Shown piece after piece: positions 40,274 to 50,130 of a stretch of DNA of 64,000 nt. Source of the DNA: Gemmatimonadota bacterium (GTDB taxonomy: Bacteria > Gemmatimonadota > Gemmatimonadetes > Palauibacterales > Palauibacteraceae). Location of the stretch: positions 576,001-640,000 of the forward strand of contig OZ220691.1 of assembly GCA_965116475.1 (NCBI GenBank), written 5' to 3'. The notes beneath the pieces were generated by a model, which was given only the letters and a program-made list of their open reading frames with translations, made no database searches and was not told where the DNA came from. Made by a program: the position numbers and the translations under genes. How positions within the stretch are numbered: the stretch's first letter is position 1; each line of letters opens with the position of its first letter.

Positions 40274-41635
40274 TCACAGGAGGAACCGGGTCGCGAGCCC
40301 CAGCAGCAGGACGAACCCGAACAGGTCCGTGAAGGTCGTGACGAAGACCGACGAGGCGACCGCCGGATCCACGCCGGACCGCTCGAGCAGGATCGGGAAG
40401 AACGCGCCCAGCGCCGAGGCCACGGCGAGGTTCCCCCACATCGCGATCATCACGACGAGCCCGAAGATGGCCTCGGTGTTCGGGAGCAGCAGCGAGACGA
40501 GCGCCACGAGCAGCCCGATCGCGAGCCCGTTCACGAGGCCCACGACGAGTTCCTTGACCACGGCGGACCAGCGCTCTTCCGGCAGTTCGTCGGCGAGCGC
40601 GATGCGGCGGATCGTGACCGCCAGCGCCTGCGTGCCCGCGTTTCCGCCCAGTCCCGCGATCACCGGCATCACGGCCGCGAGGATCGCCAACTGTTCGATC
40701 GTGTCCCGGTACAGCCACACCGCGACCGCCGCGACCGAAAGGGTGAGCGTGTTCACCGCGAGCCACGGCAGCCGGCTCCGGATCGCGCCGAGCGTCGTCC
40801 CGCGCAGCTGCTCCTCGTCCGACACCGCAGCGAAGCGCAGGATGTCCTCGGTGACCTCCGCCTCGACGACATCGATCACATCGTCGAAGGTGATCTGCCC
40901 CACCAGCCGGTCCTCGTCGTCGATGACCCCGATCGCAGCCAGGTTGTAACGGGACAGGACCTTCCCCACCTCCTCCTGGTCGAGATCCACCGAAACCACG
41001 GCCGGGGGTTCCTCGAGCAGGGCGGAGATCGGCGTCTCCGGCGCCGCGAGCACGAGATCCCGCAGCGTGACGACGCCGCGCAGCCGCCCCCGCCGCCCGA
41101 CGACGAACACGGTGTAGAGGTCCTCGGTCTCCTCCGCCTGTGCCCGCAGCTCCTCGATCGCCGCCGCGGCCGTCGCCTCCGAGTCGACTGCGCACAGCTC
41201 GCGGGTCATGATCCCGCCCGCGGACTCCTCCGGATACTCGAGCAGTTCGCGGATCTCCCGCTCTTCCTCGTCCGGCATCGACTCGAAGACGCGGGCCCGC
41301 TCCTCCGGATCGAGTTCGCCGATGAGGTCGGCCGCGTCGTCGTCCGCGAGTTCCTCGACGATTTCGGCGATCCGCTCCGGCTCCATGCTCGCGAGCAGCT
41401 CGCCCGGCTTCTCCTCCTCCTCCATCTCGGCGAGGGAGTCCGAGGCGAGGGCGGCCGGGATGAGCTGGAGGAGAGCCAGGCGTTCGGCCTCCTCCATGTG
41501 CTCGAGCACGTCCGCCATGTCGCTCGGATGCAGCGGTTCCACGAACGCGAGGAGCGCGTCCACGTCGCCTGCCTCGAGGCAGGCGCGGGCCTCCTCGGTC
41601 AGGAGGTGGCGCTGCTCTTCCGGATGCTCGTGCAT
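40274..41635 (-). CDS. mgtE: Magnesium transporter MgtE
   Basis: Acidic N-domain, CBS pair, RLPWL, GGNAGTQ, DPAVAS..FVTT.TD. Confidence 0.96.
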   Translation of the reverse strand: MHEHPEEQRHLLTEEARACLEAGDVDALLAFVEPLHPSDMADVLEHMEEAERLALLQLIPAALASDSLAEMEEEEKPGELLASMEPERIAEIVEELADDDAADLIGELDPEERARVFESMPDEEEREIRELLEYPEESAGGIMTRELCAVDSEATAAAAIEELRAQAEETEDLYTVFVVGRRGRLRGVVTLRDLVLAAPETPISALLEEPPAVVSVDLDQEEVGKVLSRYNLAAIGVIDDEDRLVGQITFDDVIDVVEAEVTEDILRFAAVSDEEQLRGTTLGAIRSRLPWLAVNTLTLSVAAVAVWLYRDTIEQLAILAAVMPVIAGLGGNAGTQALAVTIRRIALADELPEERWSAVVKELVVGLVNGLAIGLLVALVSLLLPNTEAIFGLVVMIAMWGNLAVASALGAFFPILLERSGVDPAVASSVFVTTFTDLFGFVLLLGLATRFLL

Positions 41636-41714
41636 GCTCGCTCGGGAGCCGGCCCGCGGCGGCGGGCGGTTCGCGGATCAGGGCCTTCGGGAAGGCCGCG
41701 GAGGACGGGGAATG

Positions 41715-42188
41715 CTACGCGCGGCCACCGAACTCGGCCAGCAGCCGCGCGAGCAGCCGCTCCTGCAGTGCGAACATCGGAGAAGCGTAGCGCGCCTCGC
41801 CTTCCGGATGGTCGTGGCCGAGCAGGTGAAGGACGCCGTGGATGAGGAGGCGCAGGACTTCCTCGCCGGGATCGAGCCCCAGCTCGCGGGCCGAGGCCTC
41901 GGCGGCTTGCGGAGAGATGTAGATGTCACCGACCAGCGGGTCCTCGCCGAGCCCGAACGCGAGCACGTCGGTGAGGGCGTCGACCCCGTGGTAGTCCCGG
42001 TTCAGGACGCGCATGGCCGCCGCCGGAAGAAAGGTGACGGAAAGCTCGGCGCCCTCGCCCGCGACCCCACCCGCGCGAAGAGCCGCCCGCGCGGCCGCCT
42101 TCAGTTCCGCCTCGGAGGGGCCGCTCCAATCTTCGTCCTCGCCGGGGGGGGAGGCGATGCGGATCGTCGGCGGCACCGGCCGGGTCAA
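41715..42188 (-). CDS. ybeY: rRNA maturation endoribonuclease YbeY
   Basis: LNRDY, TDVLAF, GDIYIS, HGVLHLLGHDH; TTG overlaps upstream stop (alternative GTG 42176). Confidence 0.93.
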   Translation of the reverse strand: MTRPVPPTIRIASPPGEDEDWSGPSEAELKAAARAALRAGGVAGEGAELSVTFLPAAAMRVLNRDYHGVDALTDVLAFGLGEDPLVGDIYISPQAAEASARELGLDPGEEVLRLLIHGVLHLLGHDHPEGEARYASPMFALQERLLARLLAEFGGRA

Positions 42189-44680
42189 TCCGTCCGCCCG
42201 CCGGCGACTCCTTCCGGCTCCGCGGCCGGCTCCGAGTCCGCGTCCGAGTCCGCGTCCGAGTCCGAGTCCGAGTCCGGGAGCGAATCCAGCGCGGGGATGG
42301 GGCCGGTGTCGCCCTGCGCGGCCTGCTCGAGGTCGATCGGGGCCGACGCGCCCTTCTCCCCCGCGGTCGCGGCCGCCTCCTCCACGCCGCTCTTCTCCGG
42401 CCCTCCACCGGTGGCCGTCCGGCCGGGACCGGCGGGCGTCTCGGCGGACGCCGTCGGCTTCGGATAGTCGATGCGGTGGTGATAGAGCCCCGTGAGGACG
42501 TGCGCGAACTCGCGCTTGACGATGCGGACGTCCCGGTACGTGAGCGGGCAGTCGTCGAGTTCGCCGTGGTCGATGCGGTCCTCCACGAGGCGGTCGATGA
42601 GCGCCCGGATGCGCTCGGGACTCGGGTTCGAGAGGACTCGGGACGCGGCTTCGACCGCATCCGCGAGCATCGCCACGCCCGTCTCCCTGGTCTGCGGCTT
42701 GGGGCCGGGGTAGGCGAAGTCGCTCGGGTCCACCTCCGCGACGCCGTCCTGCGCGCGCGCCTTCTCGAGGAAGTAGCGGATGAGCTGCGTCCCGTGGTGC
42801 TCGCGGATGAAGTCCTTCACGACCTCGGGCAGGCGCGCCTCCTCGGCCATGACGAGCCCGTGGCGCACGTGGTCGCGCAGGATCTCGGCGCTCTGCCACG
42901 GGGTGAGATGGTCGTGCGGGTTCAGCCCCCGCGGCTGGTTCTCGATGAAGTACTGCGGACGCTCGAGCTTCCCGATGTCGTGGTAGTAGACCCCCACGCG
43001 GCCCTGGACGGCGTCGGCCCCGATCGCCTCGCAGGCCGCCTCGACGAGGTTCGCGACGTTGATCGAGTGGGCGTAGGTGCCGGGCGCCTCGCGCGCCAGC
43101 CGCCTCAGCAGCGGCCGGTTCATGTCGGAGAGTTCGAGGAGCGACGCCTCCGTCGTCCGTCCGGTGAAGGTCTCGAGCAGCGGAAGGCCGACGCCGACGC
43201 CGAGTCCCGTACACACGGTGGCGTTGAGGAACCCGAGCGCCGCGGTCGAACCCAGCTCGCCCAGCGCGTAGTGGCCCGTGAGGACGAGCAGCAGGCCGGC
43301 CCCCACGTAAGCCGCCGTGATCAGCATCACGAGCACCCAGCTCTGCGAACGCGTGCGGATCGTGTGGACCGCGAAGGCCGCCGTGACCCCGCCCGCCACG
43401 GTCACCATGGGGGCCGCGAGTCCCGAGAAGTGCGGCTGGCCCATGAGGATCCCCGTGATCGTCGAAACGACGACGAGGCCGAGCAGGCTGTCGAACAGCG
43501 CCGCCGCGAGCAGGCCGGCCAGCGCGACCGGCACGAGCGCGGGCGAACCCTCGGTGGCGGCCACGGCGCCGGCCGCCGCCATCACGATGACGACGAGCCC
43601 GAGGAGGACGGTGAAGCTGGGAAGGTTCTCGTAGATGTCGCGGCGGAAGCGGAACGTCGCGAAGACGAGAATGCCGAGCATGCTCACGACGAGGAGGACC
43701 ATGCCCACGTTGCGGAGAAAGTCCGACGTCGTCCGCGTCCCCCCGCGCTCCAGGATCTGGGCCTGGTAGGCGAGGAGTCGGCGGTACTCCTCCTCCGTCA
43801 CCACCGTGTTTTCGGTGATGATGCGCTCCCCCTCGAGCACGAAGCCCTCCACCTGGGGGATCGCGGCCCGGGCCTGCTCCAGCGCCTGCCGGGTCGCGTC
43901 CTGGTCGATGCGCAGCGTCGGCTGCCCCAGGAGGAGGAGTTGCTGGAAGAGCGCCGCTCCCCCGGGCGGCAGCCGGTCTCCCACGCCCTCCCGGGCCGCC
44001 CGCGTGAAGTCGCCGAGCCGGACGAGGTCCCCGACGGCCCGCACCCGGTCATCGCCGGACGATCCCTCGCGCACGACGACGTTCGCGGCGCTGATGTCCG
44101 CGAGTTCGCTCTCGCGGATCACGCCCTCGCGCAGTCCCTCGAAGGCCGTCTCGAGTTCGTCGCGAAGCTGGGTGCGCGACGCGCCGTCGAGGAGGTAGTC
44201 GACCTGGAGCGAGTCGATCACCCCCTCGGCCGTGAGGTCGATCCCGATCCCGCCCGCGACCCGCCGGACCTCGTCCCGGACGAGTGCGGTGTCGGCCGCG
44301 GGGACGGCGGGGACGATGGAATCGAGTTGTGCGATGAAGGCGTTCACCCGCTCGACGATGCTGTCCGCGCGCGCGGGTTCGAAGCGCAGCCTCGGCGTCA
44401 CGCCGGCCTCCGCGTCGTCCTGCTGCTCGCGGAGGCGGTCCGGGTCCTTGGGCACGTCGAAGTCGAAGTCCGCGTTGATCGTCTGCCGGGCGACGCTGCC
44501 GGGGTCGATGCCGTCGAACCGGCCCGGCGTGCTCTGCGGGAACATGAGGGGGACGGCGAGGGCGATGACGGCGACCATCCCGGCCCGGAATCCGTGGTGG
44601 ACCCACTCGTCCCGGCGGCCGCCGGCCGGCGGCCGGTTCACGGGGCGGAGGTAGTCTCGGACGCGGCCGAAGAAACTCAA
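42185..44680 (-). CDS. 7TM-HD phosphohydrolase (PgpH-like)
   Basis: Extracytoplasmic domain, 7 TM block, APGTYAHS, YYHDIGK, EHHGT, YPGPKPQ, MLAD; low-complexity acidic tail. Confidence 0.93.
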   Translation of the reverse strand: MSFFGRVRDYLRPVNRPPAGGRRDEWVHHGFRAGMVAVIALAVPLMFPQSTPGRFDGIDPGSVARQTINADFDFDVPKDPDRLREQQDDAEAGVTPRLRFEPARADSIVERVNAFIAQLDSIVPAVPAADTALVRDEVRRVAGGIGIDLTAEGVIDSLQVDYLLDGASRTQLRDELETAFEGLREGVIRESELADISAANVVVREGSSGDDRVRAVGDLVRLGDFTRAAREGVGDRLPPGGAALFQQLLLLGQPTLRIDQDATRQALEQARAAIPQVEGFVLEGERIITENTVVTEEEYRRLLAYQAQILERGGTRTTSDFLRNVGMVLLVVSMLGILVFATFRFRRDIYENLPSFTVLLGLVVIVMAAAGAVAATEGSPALVPVALAGLLAAALFDSLLGLVVVSTITGILMGQPHFSGLAAPMVTVAGGVTAAFAVHTIRTRSQSWVLVMLITAAYVGAGLLLVLTGHYALGELGSTAALGFLNATVCTGLGVGVGLPLLETFTGRTTEASLLELSDMNRPLLRRLAREAPGTYAHSINVANLVEAACEAIGADAVQGRVGVYYHDIGKLERPQYFIENQPRGLNPHDHLTPWQSAEILRDHVRHGLVMAEEARLPEVVKDFIREHHGTQLIRYFLEKARAQDGVAEVDPSDFAYPGPKPQTRETGVAMLADAVEAASRVLSNPSPERIRALIDRLVEDRIDHGELDDCPLTYRDVRIVKREFAHVLTGLYHHRIDYPKPTASAETPAGPGRTATGGGPEKSGVEEAAATAGEKGASAPIDLEQAAQGDTGPIPALDSLPDSDSDSDADSDADSEPAAEPEGVAGGRTD

Positions 44681-45657
44681 CGCTCGGACTCCCGGTACGC
44701 GCGGATGATCTCCTTCACGAGTCGGTGCCGGACGACATCCGCGTCATCCAGATAAACGAAGTCGATCCCGACCACGTCGCGCAAGACGTCCTCGATCTCC
44801 AGGAGTCCCGAATCCTCGGGACGCGGGAGGTCGATCTGCGTCTTGTCCCCCGTGATCACGGTCCTGGAGTTCAGCCCCAGCCGGGTGAGAAACATCTTCA
44901 TCTGGGCGGCCGTCGCGTTCTGCGCCTCGTCGAGGATGAGGAACGCGTCGGAGAGCGTCCGGCCGCGCATGTACGCGAGCGGGGCGACCTCGATCACGCG
45001 GTCCTCGATCGCGCGGCGGACGCGGTCGTGCGGCATCATGTCCTCGAGCGCGTCGTAGAGCGGGCGCAGGTAGGGGTCGACCTTCTCGCGGATGTCGCCG
45101 GGCAGGAAGCCGAGCGCCTCGCCGGCTTCGACCGCGGGCCGGGTAAGAATTATGCGGCGGATCCGCTTCCGGTTGAGCGCCTCGACCGCGGCGGCGACGG
45201 CGAGATAGGTCTTTCCGGTGCCGGCCGGGCCGATGCCGACGACGATGTCCCGCTCGCGAATCGCGGCCAGGTACTTGTCCTGTCCCGGGGACTTGGGCCG
45301 GATCGTCCGCCGGGCCCCGGCCAGCGCGACCTCCGATTGGCCGGAACCGCCGGAATTCCCGGCGGCGGCGGATTTCCGCGACCCGTCATCGCCGTCGGCC
45401 GGTGCTTCGAGAAAACGCTCGACATCCACCGCGCCGAAGGGACGCCGCAGCCGCGCGTAGCGGATCATGCGCCGCGCGGTGGGGGAGGCCCGATCCACGT
45501 CCGCCTGCGGTCCGGAGAGGATCATCTCGTCGCGCCGGAGGACGACGCGGATGTCGCAGTGGCGGGCCAGCGTCGTGAGGTTCGAGTCGTTCACGCCGGC
45601 CAGCAACTGCTGGTCGGCCCCTTCGATGGAGAGGCGCCGCTCCGTCGCCACGCTCAA
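44677..45657 (-). CDS. phoH: PhoH-family ATPase
   Basis: GPAGTGKT, RPAVEAGE.LGFLPGD, PLAYMRGRTL, LDEAQN, QIDLP, VVRH.LV. Confidence 0.95.
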   Translation of the reverse strand: MSVATERRLSIEGADQQLLAGVNDSNLTTLARHCDIRVVLRRDEMILSGPQADVDRASPTARRMIRYARLRRPFGAVDVERFLEAPADGDDGSRKSAAAGNSGGSGQSEVALAGARRTIRPKSPGQDKYLAAIRERDIVVGIGPAGTGKTYLAVAAAVEALNRKRIRRIILTRPAVEAGEALGFLPGDIREKVDPYLRPLYDALEDMMPHDRVRRAIEDRVIEVAPLAYMRGRTLSDAFLILDEAQNATAAQMKMFLTRLGLNSRTVITGDKTQIDLPRPEDSGLLEIEDVLRDVVGIDFVYLDDADVVRHRLVKEIIRAYRESER

Positions 45658-47435
45658 GTCCCGTTGCCTCCGGTCCCTCCCGTCACGGAGATGCCGAGTT
45701 CCTCGAGTTCGGCCGGGGTCACGGACGATGGCGACCGCTCGAGCAGGCCTCTGGCCGCGGCCGTCTTCGGGAACGCGATGACGTCCCGGATCGACGCGCA
45801 GCCGACCATCTCGGCCACCAGGCGGTCCATGCCGACCGCGAACCCTCCGTGCGGCGGGACGCCGTAGCGGAACGCCTCGAGCAGGAAACCGAAGCGCGCC
45901 TCGACCTCCTCGGGCGTGAGCCCCGTCGCCTCGAGGATGACGCGCTGCACCTCGGGCAGGTGGCAGCGGATGCTTCCGCTGGCCAACTCGATCCCGTTGT
46001 AGACGAGGTCGTAGGCGACCGCGTTCACGGAGAGCGGGTCTTCGCGCAGCCGCTCGGGGTCGGGGTCGGCGGGCATCGTGAAGGCGTGCTGGGCCGGCAC
46101 GGGAAGGCCGGTGTCCGGGTCCTGCGCGTAGAGGGGGAACTCCGTGATCCAGAGCCACGCTTCCCCGCTCTCGTTCACGGCGCCGAGTTCGCGGGCCACC
46201 GCGCGCCGCAGCCGGTCGAGGGCCGGCGAGCTCTCCGCGTCGCGGCCGGCGACGAAGAAGACGAGGTCGCCCTCCCGCACGCCGAACTCCGCCTCGAGCG
46301 CGCGCCCGACCTCCTCGCCGATGACCTTCGCGGGCGGACCGGACCAGCCGTCGGCGGTGCGCTTCAGCCACAGGGCGCCCCTCGCGCCGGCCTCCTGGGC
46401 AAGCTTGTCGTAGTGGGCGATCCGCGAGCGGGAGAGCGCCGCGCCGCCCGGCACGACGAGCCCGCGCACGCGGCCGCCGGCCCGCGCGGCGCCGTCGAAG
46501 ATGCCGAACCCGATGCCGGTGAGCGCGTCCGTGAAATCCCGTATCTCCCAGGGGATGCGGAGGTCGGGCTTGTCCGTGCCGTAGCGCTCCAGCGCCTCGG
46601 CGTGGGGCAGGCGCCTGAAGGGGACGGCGAGGTCCCGCTCGAGTCCGTCCCGCCAGATGCGCGCGAACATCTTCTCCGCGGCGCGGAAGACGTCGTCCTG
46701 CTCGACGAACGCCATCTCCACGTCGATCTGCGTGAATTCGGGCTGTCGGTCCGCCCGCAGGTCCTCGTCCCGGAGACACTTCGCGATCTGGAAGTAGCGG
46801 TCGAAGCCGCCGCACATGAGAAGCTGCTTGTAGAGCTGCGGCGACTGCGGGAGGGCGAAGAACCGGCCCTGGTGGACCCGGCTGGGGACGAGATAGTCCC
46901 GCGCGCCCTCCGGCGTCTGCCGCGTGAGGAGCGGGGTCTCGATCTCGATGAATCCCTGCTCGGAAAGCGAGGCGCGCACCGCGTTCGTCGCCACGTGCCG
47001 CAGCCTCAAGTTGCGCTGCATCTCGGGACGGCGCAGGTCGAGGATGCGGTGCTTGAGGCGCAGTTCCTCCGAGGGCAGCTCTTCGTCCGGGGGCTGGTAG
47101 ACGAGGATCGGGAGGGCGTCGGAGACGGACACGCGCCGCAGACTCGACACGCGAACCTCGACCTCGCCCGTGAGCATCTCCGGGTTGGGCTCGGGGCGCG
47201 GCGCGACGACGCCGGTCGCCTGCACGACATCCTCCGGGTTCAGCGCCGCCACGAGCGCGAGGCTGGCGCCATCCGACCACTCCGGGCCGAAGGACAGCTG
47301 GAGCAGGCCGGTCCGGTCGCGCAGGTCGACGAAGAAGAGTCCTCCGAGGTCCCGGCGGCGGTGCACCCACCCGATGACCCGGACTTCGCGTCCGGACCAC
47401 GAGGCCTCGACCTGCCCGCAGCCGGCGTCGCGCAA
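45654..47435 (-). CDS. aspS: Aspartate--tRNA ligase
   Basis: WVHRRRDLGG, IETP.L...TPEGARDY, LPQSPQ, RDEDLRADRQPEFTQ, PPHGG.A.G.DR, VIAFPKT; start uncertain (TTG 47435). Confidence 0.96.
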   Translation of the reverse strand: MRDAGCGQVEASWSGREVRVIGWVHRRRDLGGLFFVDLRDRTGLLQLSFGPEWSDGASLALVAALNPEDVVQATGVVAPRPEPNPEMLTGEVEVRVSSLRRVSVSDALPILVYQPPDEELPSEELRLKHRILDLRRPEMQRNLRLRHVATNAVRASLSEQGFIEIETPLLTRQTPEGARDYLVPSRVHQGRFFALPQSPQLYKQLLMCGGFDRYFQIAKCLRDEDLRADRQPEFTQIDVEMAFVEQDDVFRAAEKMFARIWRDGLERDLAVPFRRLPHAEALERYGTDKPDLRIPWEIRDFTDALTGIGFGIFDGAARAGGRVRGLVVPGGAALSRSRIAHYDKLAQEAGARGALWLKRTADGWSGPPAKVIGEEVGRALEAEFGVREGDLVFFVAGRDAESSPALDRLRRAVARELGAVNESGEAWLWITEFPLYAQDPDTGLPVPAQHAFTMPADPDPERLREDPLSVNAVAYDLVYNGIELASGSIRCHLPEVQRVILEATGLTPEEVEARFGFLLEAFRYGVPPHGGFAVGMDRLVAEMVGCASIRDVIAFPKTAAARGLLERSPSSVTPAELEELGISVTGGTGGNGT

Positions 47436-47573
47436 GGCGGTCTCGAGGGAGGCCGGCTCACGCCGTTCGGTCGGTAGCGATAGTTTGGTCAGGAGAACTC
47501 GCGGCGTAAGGGATTCGGCTCGGAATCGGTCCCGAGAAGTGCGGAACGCCGCGAAAGATAGCCGATTTTCGGC

Positions 47574-47655
47574 AGCGCCAGCAAGAAGCGCCGACAAGAA
47601 GCGCCGACAAGAAGCGCCGGCAGGAAGCGCCGGCAGGAAGCGCCGGCGGGAAGCG
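47574..47655. repeat. 13-bp tandem repeat (about 6 units) between aspS and rlmN
   Basis: Units of GAAGCGCCG(A/G)C(A/G)(A/G), ending at the rlmN RBS. Confidence 0.9.
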
Positions 47656-47659
47656 GGGG

Positions 47660-48730
47660 ATGACGGAAAGCACACGAGCGGAACTGCTCGCGGAGCCGGG
47701 AGACGGCGGGCGGGCGCGGCTGGCGGCGTTCTTCGCCGCGCGCGGAGAGCCGGCGTACCGGGCGCGGCAGGTGGAGAGGTGGGTCTGGGAGCGGGGCGCG
47801 CGTTCGTTCGACGAGATGACGAACGTCCCCGCCGGCCTGCGGGAAGCGCTGGGCGCGGCTTTCTCCCTCACTCCGATCAAACCGGACTACGTGGCCCGCT
47901 CGAAGGACGGGACGGTGAAGCACCTGTGGCGGCTCGACGACGGCGAGCGGGTCGAGTCCGTGCTCATCCCGACGCGCGACCGCCTCACGCTCTGTCTCTC
48001 GTCGCAGGCCGGCTGCGCGCTCGCGTGCCGCTTCTGCGCCACCGGCGACTTCGGGTTCCGGCGCCAGTTGAGGGCGGCGGAGATCGTGGCGCAGTACCGC
48101 GACTCCCTGCGACTCGCCCGCGAGGAGATGGGGCGCCCCGCGTCCAGTCCGATCTCCAACGTCGTGTACATGGGGATGGGAGAACCGCTGGCGAACCTCG
48201 ATGGGGTCATCGGATCGCTCGCCTCCCTGCACGGCGGGTTCGGTCTCGGGGCGCGGCGGATCACCGTGTCGACGGTGGGACTCATCCCCGGGATCCTGGA
48301 ACTCGCCCGGCGCCCGGAGCCGTTCGAACTCGCCGTCTCGCTGCACGCGCCGTCCCACGAACTGCGGCTCGAGCTGATGCCGATCGAGAAGCGCTACCCG
48401 CTGCCGGAGCTGTTCGAGGCCCTGCGCACGTATCAGGGCTACAAGAACCGGCGCATCAGCTTCGAGTACACGCTCATCCGGGGGGTGAACGACGACCCGG
48501 CGCTGGCGGAGCCGCTGGCGAGGCTGGCGCGGGGGCTCATCTGCTTCGTGAATCTCATCCCCTTCAACCCCATCCCGTCGCGTCCGGAGTGGGGTCCGAG
48601 TTCGGCCGAGGGGATCGCGCGTTTTTCGGAGGCGCTCGCCGCGCGGGGCGTGGGCAATGCGGTGAGGAGGCCGCGGGGACGGGACATCGCCGCCGCGTGC
48701 GGACAGCTGCGCCTGTCGCGGGAGAGCTAG
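47660..48730 (+). CDS. rlmN: 23S rRNA/tRNA adenine C2-methyltransferase RlmN
   Basis: SSQAGCALACRFC, MGMGEP, SLHAP, NLIPFN, DIAAACGQL. Confidence 0.96.
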   Translation: MTESTRAELLAEPGDGGRARLAAFFAARGEPAYRARQVERWVWERGARSFDEMTNVPAGLREALGAAFSLTPIKPDYVARSKDGTVKHLWRLDDGERVESVLIPTRDRLTLCLSSQAGCALACRFCATGDFGFRRQLRAAEIVAQYRDSLRLAREEMGRPASSPISNVVYMGMGEPLANLDGVIGSLASLHGGFGLGARRITVSTVGLIPGILELARRPEPFELAVSLHAPSHELRLELMPIEKRYPLPELFEALRTYQGYKNRRISFEYTLIRGVNDDPALAEPLARLARGLICFVNLIPFNPIPSRPEWGPSSAEGIARFSEALAARGVGNAVRRPRGRDIAAACGQLRLSRES

Positions 48731-48775
48731 CGCCTGCGGGCGCGCCTGCGGGGGCGCCCGGGGGGGAAGTGCCGC

Positions 48776-49387
48776 TCAGTCCTTGCCGAGGTTGACGAGC
48801 AGGCCCGCCCAGTCGCCCCCGACCACCACGCTCGCATCGAGATAGAGTTCGGGATTGATGGCGACGGCCAGCGAATCGGTGCTCAGCTCGCGGGCCACGG
48901 TGATCGCGGCGCCGAGACGGCCCGACCGATCCAGGACGTGCGTGACCCTGTGGTCGAAGTGCTCGGCGTTGCCGGTCGCGACGACGTCGAAGCCGAGGAG
49001 GCGGAGCCGGTCGGCGAACTGACGCGCGAGGCCCCGCTCTCCGGCCCCGTTGAGGACCTCGACCTTGATCCGGTCCGTCAGGTCCCCCCGCGCGGGAATC
49101 TCCCCCGTCGCGGAACCCGTCGCCGTGGAACCGTCGTCCGCCGCGGGCGCCGCGGTCGCGGCCGGTACGGGTGCGGCTCCGGCCAGGACCGCGAGTCGCA
49201 CGGCTTTCCATTCCTCCCAGAAGAGACCGATGAAGGCGCCGGCGCCGATGAGGATCGCCGTCGTGATCAGTCCCCGGAAGGCGGAAGCCACTCGCTGGAA
49301 GGCGCCCTGCCGCCTGCGATAGCGGGTATGACCCTCGGGACCTCGTCGGGTTTCCCGCCTGGACCGCCGTCTGGACCTCGAAAGCAC
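48776..49387 (-). CDS. LytR C-terminal domain membrane protein
   Basis: Single TM, VEVLNGAG..GLA, GFDV...GNA, VVVGGDW. Confidence 0.88.
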   Translation of the reverse strand: MLSRSRRRSRRETRRGPEGHTRYRRRQGAFQRVASAFRGLITTAILIGAGAFIGLFWEEWKAVRLAVLAGAAPVPAATAAPAADDGSTATGSATGEIPARGDLTDRIKVEVLNGAGERGLARQFADRLRLLGFDVVATGNAEHFDHRVTHVLDRSGRLGAAITVARELSTDSLAVAINPELYLDASVVVGGDWAGLLVNLGKD

Positions 49388-49487
49388 TTTGTCGCCTCCC
49401 GTCGTCCTCCCGTCCTCCCATCGACCGTGCTCGGCCGCCTCCTTGGCAATCTAATCAACCAATTCGCGATGTGCGAAAAACGGGCCG

Positions 49488-50069
49488 TCAGCGCGGGGTG
49501 GTGATCTCCTCCCAGAACCCGGCGGTCGCGGCGGATACGGGGATCTGGGCGTCGATGAGAATGCCGATCTTCGCGGTCGCGACGTCGAGGAGAACGGCGT
49601 GCCAGTCGTCCGGCATGCGGCCGCGCAGGCCGGCCCGTTCGGGGGCCGAGGCGAGGCGGCCGGGCTCCAGGAAATCGGCCATGTAGAGGGCGTGCCCGAG
49701 GGCGTCGAGATCCCGGTGTCCGGTGGTGTGGAAGGCGATGGCTCGCAGGAGCGGCTCGTCGTCGACGCCGGTCGCCCGCAGCCGGTTCGCGCACGCCGGA
49801 CCGTGGAGTAGCGCGTCGGGCCACCCTTCCGACCCGTCAACGAGCGGACGCAGGGCGTCGACGCCTTCTTCCTTTAGCGCGTCGTGCAGAAGGCCTGCCG
49901 CGCGCCAGCGGATCCGCGTCTCCGCGTCGTGCCCGAGGGCGTCCGCCCAGTCCCGGAGCAACTGGCCGACCCGCCCGGCGTGGCGAATGCGGGCGGGGCT
50001 CATGACGGCCCAGTCCGGGAGACGCGCCTCGGCGCCGGCCGCGTGAATGATCGGGTGAAGCTTGTCCAC
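49488..50069 (-). CDS. YqeK-like HD-domain hydrolase
   Basis: R..H...V, GLLHDALK, LHGP, FHTTG, LYMADFLEPGR. Confidence 0.88.
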   Translation of the reverse strand: MDKLHPIIHAAGAEARLPDWAVMSPARIRHAGRVGQLLRDWADALGHDAETRIRWRAAGLLHDALKEEGVDALRPLVDGSEGWPDALLHGPACANRLRATGVDDEPLLRAIAFHTTGHRDLDALGHALYMADFLEPGRLASAPERAGLRGRMPDDWHAVLLDVATAKIGILIDAQIPVSAATAGFWEEITTPR

Positions 50070-50130
50070 GTGAGGTTCGTCTCGATCGGAGAGTTTGTCG
50101 GGATCGCGCGGGGCCCCGAATATAGTTTCA

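Noticed and set aside
42231..42276. Hexamer repeat encoding DSDSDSDADS
   Set aside because: Ordinary in-frame low-complexity tail of the 7TM-HD protein.
40274..47435. aspS-phoH-7TM-HD-ybeY-mgtE cluster as a novel system
   Set aside because: phoH/HD/ybeY linkage is a well-known conserved housekeeping arrangement.
47574..47655. Possible CRISPR array
   Set aside because: Units are contiguous 13-mers with no spacers, and no cas genes are present.
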